Part shown: piece by piece, positions 35,530 to 41,092 of the stretch
Position numbering within the stretch: the stretch's first letter is position 1
How the letters are laid out: each line of letters starts with the position of its first letter
Origin: Candidatus Bathyarchaeia archaeon
Lineage (GTDB): Archaea > Thermoproteota > Bathyarchaeia > Bathyarchaeales > Bathycorpusculaceae
Length of the DNA stretch: 41,092 bases
Direction: 5' to 3'
Assembly (NCBI GenBank): GCA_049512935.1
Contig: JBEKWR010000017.1
Coordinates: 1-41,092, forward strand
Program-made: the position numbers and the translations under genes
The notes under the pieces: generated by a model
Database searches by the model: none
What the model was told of the DNA's origin: nothing
What the model saw: only the letters and a program-made list of their open reading frames with translations

Positions 35530-36609
35530 TTAGCCGATGCCGATTACTTTCTTTAGGTATGGCACTTTTTTCAGCAGCAGGATCACGGCGAGGGAGACGA
35601 ACAGGACAATTACCGTCATCAACGGCACCTCGATGATTGGGTTGAGCGTGTTGCGGTTAAGGGCGAAGCCGAAGTACCCGTTTTCGAGGGATTCAAGCAC
35701 CATCACGTGAAACAGGAAAATGGCTAAAGTGCACTCGCTGATTGCGTGGATAAGCCTGTTGCCTTTTGAAGGGCCAGTCTCCTGCTGAACCATCGGCGGC
35801 TTGACCGTGAGCAGCAGCATGAACAGCATAACTGAGAACAGAATGACGGTTGGGCTGAAGTACTGTTGGAAGAAGTACATTTCGTTTCCTCCGACGGTGG
35901 CGGTCAACGCGTAAGTGAAAAACGCGGTCAAAGCTAATCCGAGAACCATGAAAACCCAGAGAGTTGAGCGGCGCACCTGCACCGTTAAGAGGTACGTGCC
36001 TAAAATGAAGAATCCCACGTATCCGCTGATGGTGAAAACGTTGGCGCTCAACTGGAGAGTGGTGAACAAGCCGAAGACAGGCACGATGGCTACACCCAAA
36101 AACCACAGCACAATAAAGTACTTCACGACTGCGGGCTCGGCATTGGCGATGAACACGCGCAGAATCGGAGTCAAAAGGTAAAGACCAGCAAGAACATAGA
36201 GGTACCAGAACTGGGTGTAGGGACCGTTCAGTATGCCCATGATGACTGCACTCCAAGTAAACGGTATGCGTATGACCAAAAAGTCCCATGCAAAATAGGC
36301 GGCGCCCCAAAAAATAAACGGCAAACCTATCCGCGCCCAACGCTTCTTAAAAAAGACGCCCAGACTCTCGGTTTTTTCGGGTTGAAGCAAGAGCGCGCCA
36401 GTCAACATCAGGAACAATGGGACCCCCATCCGCGCGACGCTCTGGTAAAAGTCAACCATGGACCAGCTGAAAACTTGGAACGGACCCATCTGATTCATTT
36501 GTAGGCTGGTTATGGTCCAGGAGCCCGAGGCGTGAAGCAAGATGACGCCTACAATAGCCACGGTCCGGATAAGGTCAACGTAAACAACCCGCCCTCTCAG
36601 TTGATTCAG
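35530..36609 (-). CDS. acyltransferase family 3 (polysaccharide O-acyltransferase)
   Basis: RVVYVDLIRTVAIVGVILLH, GVPLFLMLTGALLL, FWYLY, IFLFH; the conserved N-terminus requires extension to a CTG start at 36609. Confidence 0.9.
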   Translation of the reverse strand: MNQLRGRVVYVDLIRTVAIVGVILLHASGSWTITSLQMNQMGPFQVFSWSMVDFYQSVARMGVPLFLMLTGALLLQPEKTESLGVFFKKRWARIGLPFIFWGAAYFAWDFLVIRIPFTWSAVIMGILNGPYTQFWYLYVLAGLYLLTPILRVFIANAEPAVVKYFIVLWFLGVAIVPVFGLFTTLQLSANVFTISGYVGFFILGTYLLTVQVRRSTLWVFMVLGLALTAFFTYALTATVGGNEMYFFQQYFSPTVILFSVMLFMLLLTVKPPMVQQETGPSKGNRLIHAISECTLAIFLFHVMVLESLENGYFGFALNRNTLNPIIEVPLMTVIVLFVSLAVILLLKKVPYLKKVIGIG

Positions 36610-36772
36610 CGTCTACACCTAAACCTGAAATAAAAGCTAAGAGCATTTTTATGCTAATATAAGTTTACTTACAACACGAAAAAAGCGAGCATTCACCCGA
36701 CGCGAAGCCGCGGATGGTGCGCGTGCCAAAAGCTTTTAGGTGCAAGCCACCAACAGTCAATGAGCGACCTCT

Positions 36773-37180
36773 ATGTCTAAAGTCACCCGTGTAGGCGTAA
36801 CCTTCCCACCTGAACTCCTAAAAGACTTTGATGAAATCATCGGCAAAATGGGCTACGAAAGCCGAAGCAAAGCCATACAGGACGCGGTGAGACTGTACGT
36901 GTCCGAGCGGAAATGGATCAAGGAAGAAAACACCGTGCAGACAGGCATCATCCTGATGGTTTACGATCATGACGCCAAAGGTCTTGAAAGCGAACTGACC
37001 GAAACCCAGCATGAACACACGTCAATAATCACTTCGACCCTGCACATTCACGTCAGCGAAAGAGACTGCCTCGAAGCCATAGCAGTAAAAGGCAAAGCCT
37101 CAGAAATACGCCACCTAAGCGACCAGTTAACCACGAGAAGAGGAGTAAAAATCCTCAAAACAACAATCGTAACCATCTAA
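36773..37180 (+). CDS. nikR: nickel-responsive regulator NikR
   Basis: RHH RVGVTF..GYESRSKAI; metal ligands QH, LHIH and CLE. Confidence 0.94.
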   Translation: MSKVTRVGVTFPPELLKDFDEIIGKMGYESRSKAIQDAVRLYVSERKWIKEENTVQTGIILMVYDHDAKGLESELTETQHEHTSIITSTLHIHVSERDCLEAIAVKGKASEIRHLSDQLTTRRGVKILKTTIVTI

Positions 37181-38082
37181 ACCGCAAACATACGCTCTAA
37201 TGAGCCGCGCGCCTTCTTAGCTACCGATTCAGGAACTTTAATCACGTTCTTCTCGTCTTTAAGGGCGGCGTAGAGTTGCTCAAGCCTTGTAAGCTTCATG
37301 TTCGGGCAAATTGCGCCTTCATAAGCCAAGAAAAAGTTTTTCTCCGGGTTTTCCTTGCGCAGGCGGTGAAGGATGCCTTCTTCGGTTCCTACGATAAAGC
37401 TTTCGGCGCTGGATTCTTTGGCGTAACGGCACATTTTAGAGGTGCTGCCTACAAAATCGGCTTCCGCGCGCATTTCAGAGCTACATTCTGGGTGAACCAT
37501 GACGGTTGCGCCTTGATGCTGCATTCTCAGGACTTTGACGTCTTCAGGCTGGAAAAGCAGGTGAGTCGGGCAGAACCCGTTCTCAGGAATCGGAATCAAG
37601 GTTTTCCCTGTTTTTTCAGAAACGTACTCGGCAAGGTTTTTGTCTGGACCGAACAGCACCGTTTCTGCGTCGAGTGATTCTATTACTTCCACGGCGTTGG
37701 CGCTGGTACAACAGATGTCGCATTGCGCCTTGCAAACAGCCAAAGTGTTAACGTACAGCACAACGGGAGCCTTCGGGTACAGTTTTTTAGCCCGTTTTAT
37801 CTCGTCCACCGTGAGCATCTGCGCCATCGGGCAGCGCGCGCCAAGGCAGGGCAAAAGAACCTTCTTGCCCGGATTCAAGATCGCGGCTGATTCAGCCATG
37901 AAATCCACTGCAGAAAAAACAATCATTTCAGCGTCTTTTTCCTCGGCGGCCTTGCGGCTGAGTTCGATGCTGTCACCGATGTAGTCAGCCAAATCTTGGA
38001 TTTCTGGTCTTTGATAATTGTGAGCCAAGATAACGGCTTTCTTCTCCTTCTTGAGCCTTAGGATTTCTTCAGATAAATCCAT
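37177..38082 (-). CDS. nadA: quinolinate synthase
   Basis: ILAHNYQRPEIQD, GDSIELS, CPMA, LYVNT, CPTH, HPEC, CPNMK. Confidence 0.97.
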   Translation of the reverse strand: MDLSEEILRLKKEKKAVILAHNYQRPEIQDLADYIGDSIELSRKAAEEKDAEMIVFSAVDFMAESAAILNPGKKVLLPCLGARCPMAQMLTVDEIKRAKKLYPKAPVVLYVNTLAVCKAQCDICCTSANAVEVIESLDAETVLFGPDKNLAEYVSEKTGKTLIPIPENGFCPTHLLFQPEDVKVLRMQHQGATVMVHPECSSEMRAEADFVGSTSKMCRYAKESSAESFIVGTEEGILHRLRKENPEKNFFLAYEGAICPNMKLTRLEQLYAALKDEKNVIKVPESVAKKARGSLERMFAV

Positions 38083-38248
38083 ATTTCCGCCTGAGTGCGC
38101 CTAAAGTTGAAAAATAACAATGATAAGTCAACAGATATATGCCTTTACCTTTGCAAAGGAACTTTGACGCCTGAACCTGCCAGAGAAACAAAAAAACCCG
38201 CCGCTTTTTCATGGTTCATTTTTCAGCGACCCAAACTTTTGGCGAGGG

Positions 38249-39916
38249 TTACCCTGTGAAGTTCAGTATGAATATTCTTCGGGGGTCCGAGCCGAAGGTT
38301 TCCTGAGCGCTCATCTTGGTGAAGTTGCCTGACGCGTAAAGTTGAGTGTAGATTTGCATCAAATTCAGCGTCGTGTTGAAGTATGGAACCGTGCCGCCGT
38401 TCTCGTACGTAAAAACGTACTTGACGTTGTCCTGCCCGCACAGGCTGATGAACTGCGTTATGTTGAAGGTAGGCGTGTACGTGTCAACAGGCAGTTCCGG
38501 GTACGAGTAGGTCGGAATTTGTGGACGACCCCCTTCCCACAGGTAGAAGTTCACCATGTCTTGGCTGAAATAGTTGAAGGGGCAAAGAACCATGATGGCT
38601 TGGCTGCCGTTATCATGAGCAATCACGTAGTTTGTAGCGGCTTGGATGTCGATTTGGAAGTTGTCCACCGCGACGCCGCTGTAAGTGTCGTTTATGCTGT
38701 AAGCCACCGCCACCGCCAAAAACACGATGAACAGGGCGGCTGCAACTTTGGCTGCGCGTCTCTTCTTTATCGGCGCGTGCCCTTGCCAAGCGCTCTGAGC
38801 CTTAGTGTAAACGAACAGGATGAGGACTGACGCCGAAATTGCCAAGGCTGGAAACAACGGCAACACGTAACGCCACTCCTTATTGGATATCAGGGTGAAA
38901 AAGACATAGACGCTGGCAAACCAGAGAAGAACAAACTTGTCGGCCTTAAGCAATCTCCACACGAGAAACCCTAAACCGGCAAGACCCACAGCGTAGAGGA
39001 GAAGGGAAATCGGGTGAATCCCGTTGTAAGGCCACGTCATCTCCACAAAATAAAATATGGGAAGCGGAAAGCGACCGCTGTACAGCGACCGCGCAGGGTT
39101 ACCTACTTGCAAAGCGTAAATCCACTGACTCAAAATTTTAGAGGCATAAACCTTGTAGACGATGACTATCCACGGGATAACCACAATCACCGCCGTGACG
39201 ATTAGCAGCGTAAACTTTGTAAACAGGCGTTTAAGGTGACCCCGCCCCAAAACCAGCAAGGTGAGAACCATCACGACTAAGGCCGCCAGCACTTCATACT
39301 TCGTCAAGAAACCTAAGCCTAAAGCCACACCGCTGAAAACCAACATCCTGTCTCGCCCGTTCTGAAGCCAAAGATAAAAGAAAAGAAACGCCAGCATGAA
39401 AAAGAAAAGAAGCATCCCGTCAAGCAAAGCCTCGCGAGAAAGCCAAAAGTAGCCTGGCATAACACCCAGCAAAACAGCAGAGAGCAACGCAGCTTTTCTG
39501 CCATACATGTTGTTTGCGAGTTCAAACACGACCCAAAGCGTAAGAACTGAAAAGATAACCGTGACTAACCTGCAGTTAAACAGGCTTACCCCGAAAAAGT
39601 TGAAGAAAAACGCGGTAACGACCTCAAAAAGAGGCGGATAAAAAGAGCCGTTGACAAAACTGCTGTACCCTGACTTTAGAAGGAAAACGTTGTTAAGATG
39701 AACCGCTTCATCCCAAACCAATGGCGGGTTCGAAAGGTTTAAGACAAGAAAAAAGGCGTAGACTAACGCAAAAACCAAAAAAGCCAGTCGCCACTTGTTT
39801 AACCCCGCCTTAATCCGTGTTGTAAGCAGCCTTAAACTTGAAGGGGTAATTAACGCGCGCTTCGGTGAACATAAAACCTCAGGATCAATACTCTGCGCTC
39901 CTAAATATTCAACCAG
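38249..39916 (-). CDS. GT-C fold glycosyltransferase (PMT/ArnT-like, GT39/83)
   Basis: WDEAVH, YPPLF, GLGFLTKY, RYVLPLFPAL; frame open upstream to a CTG at 39916 (track start 39778 is mid-TM). Confidence 0.88.
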   Translation of the reverse strand: MVEYLGAQSIDPEVLCSPKRALITPSSLRLLTTRIKAGLNKWRLAFLVFALVYAFFLVLNLSNPPLVWDEAVHLNNVFLLKSGYSSFVNGSFYPPLFEVVTAFFFNFFGVSLFNCRLVTVIFSVLTLWVVFELANNMYGRKAALLSAVLLGVMPGYFWLSREALLDGMLLFFFMLAFLFFYLWLQNGRDRMLVFSGVALGLGFLTKYEVLAALVVMVLTLLVLGRGHLKRLFTKFTLLIVTAVIVVIPWIVIVYKVYASKILSQWIYALQVGNPARSLYSGRFPLPIFYFVEMTWPYNGIHPISLLLYAVGLAGLGFLVWRLLKADKFVLLWFASVYVFFTLISNKEWRYVLPLFPALAISASVLILFVYTKAQSAWQGHAPIKKRRAAKVAAALFIVFLAVAVAYSINDTYSGVAVDNFQIDIQAATNYVIAHDNGSQAIMVLCPFNYFSQDMVNFYLWEGGRPQIPTYSYPELPVDTYTPTFNITQFISLCGQDNVKYVFTYENGGTVPYFNTTLNLMQIYTQLYASGNFTKMSAQETFGSDPRRIFILNFTG

Positions 39917-40084
39917 AGCTTCTCAGCTCCTGAGCCCCTTTCCCCTTTCCAGCGGTTTCTAAAGGAAAAACTGGAAAACGTGCGTTATAAGAACCATCGA
40001 GCAAACGCTAAATAGGACAAACGCAAAACTTGAAATGAATTAGTGCAAATTCTGAACTAAAATCAAGTTCTAAAAAACTGCGGT

Positions 40085-40645
40085 TTATTCTTGTTCTTTT
40101 TCCCTCAGCTTGCTCTGCTTGTAATGGCTTTCAACCCATGTGCTTGCCCACCTATCAACCATCTTGTCCAGGAAGGTTGGTTGGTAAGCCACCAATATTC
40201 TGGCGATTCTTTCCTCGTCTTTCAGGGTGTAAATGTTTTCGTAGCCAACCTTGGTTCTTTCGATAATGTTGTTTTCCAGCAGGCACTTCAGGTAGAAGCT
40301 AACTGTTGAAGCGGGCAGCCCTAAAGACTCAAATATGAAGCGATACTTAGCCTTCTTGTTAACCAGCATTATCAGAACGATGTCTCTAATTCTCTTTTGA
40401 CGCAAAATCACCAATATTCTTTTGTCTTCAGGATCCAGCGGTTTACAGTAGTACCGCGTGTAATGTTCCGATTTTTCTTCAAGAATGATGTTTCGGCGGC
40501 TCAGGTAATTTAAATGGTACTGGAGGCTAGAAAGTGGAATCCCAACAATTCTTTGAAGCTCTCTGATGTGTAAACCTGGATTTTTAAGGATAACTGTATA
40601 AATTTTCCTTCTTCTTTCGTTTTCCAGGATTTCTTCCTTAAACAT
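40085..40645 (-). CDS. ArsR/MarR-like double winged-helix regulator
   Basis: RRKIYTVILKNPGLHIREL..LQYHL; second HTH LGLPASTVSFYL. Confidence 0.9.
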   Translation of the reverse strand: MFKEEILENERRRKIYTVILKNPGLHIRELQRIVGIPLSSLQYHLNYLSRRNIILEEKSEHYTRYYCKPLDPEDKRILVILRQKRIRDIVLIMLVNKKAKYRFIFESLGLPASTVSFYLKCLLENNIIERTKVGYENIYTLKDEERIARILVAYQPTFLDKMVDRWASTWVESHYKQSKLREKEQE

Positions 40646-40648
40646 TTA

Positions 40649-40768
40649 TTACGATTCCTTTAGCACTGCAAAGAGCAGGGTCAATGGGGCGGTCGCCTCT
40701 TCCAGAAGAGGGCGAGTCTTCGTGAAATCAGCGCGGAGCCTTCTGTAGGATATTTTGAGGTCGAGATT
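40649..40768 (-). pseudogene. possible relic of a small membrane-protein gene coupled to the regulator
   Basis: Start-less frame NLDLKISYRRLRADF...LTLLFAVLKES* ending TAATAA directly before the regulator ATG. Confidence 0.3.
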
Positions 40769-40968
40769 CTACCGTGGGTGAGCCTAAGCCGAATTTGTTT
40801 TACACCCCTTAAAGCACCTATTTTGGCTGATTAGCTAATAAGATTTTACCTTTGTCAAGTAAATAAGAAGGGCTGAAGCGCTTTTCAAAACACGCTCCTT
40901 CGGCTCAGAAGTTTATCTTTGGGAAATGCTAAAATGCTTCAGCGCCTTTGTTTGTCCGAGTGCTTACC

Positions 40969-41092
40969 ATGCCGTACAATGAGCTTAGGAAAGATTACTT
41001 GCTGAACCGCTGGGTTGTCATCGCAACCGAACGGGCACGAAGACCAACCGATTTTAACAAACAAAAAACGGAAAACGCCAAGGCAGCGGTTT
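40969..41092 (+). CDS. galT: galactose-1-phosphate uridylyltransferase family, 5' fragment (not in ORF track)
   Basis: MPYNELRKDYLLNRWVVIATERARRPTDF matches the GalT N-terminus. Confidence 0.85.
   Translation, partial: MPYNELRKDYLLNRWVVIATERARRPTDFNKQKTENAKAAV

Overview
Archaeal chromosomal window. tiaS, an archaeal-type alaS, BRE/TATA promoters, PEF-CTERM-like anchors, stand-alone Lrp/AsnC domains and tandem PadR regulators make a Bathyarchaeia-like host likely (inference). Housekeeping genes: asnS, dnaJ, dnaK, grpE, alaS, tiaS, pyrG, nadA, nikR and a partial galT. Interleaved accessory blocks: four YVTN/YncE beta-propeller surface proteins, two Ig-like surface paralogues (four of these six surface genes split dnaK from dnaJ), a run of micro-ORFs resembling a decayed mobile element, three PadR paralogues, three HTH-less Lrp/AsnC ligand-binding proteins, a VapBC toxin-antitoxin pair, a NiCoT nickel permease with a NikR-type operator, and a surface-glycan modification cluster. 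Signals outside the ORF track: a 44-bp palindrome-plus-TATA module duplicated 5.7 kb apart that links a PadR gene to a demi-Lrp gene, a switch-like structured leader, a candidate sRNA with an all-pyrimidine loop, unlisted zinc-finger microproteins, repeat blades with hypervariable positions, a DnaK with an altered ATPase motif, and probable CTG starts. No rRNA, tRNA, CRISPR array or intact transposase was seen.
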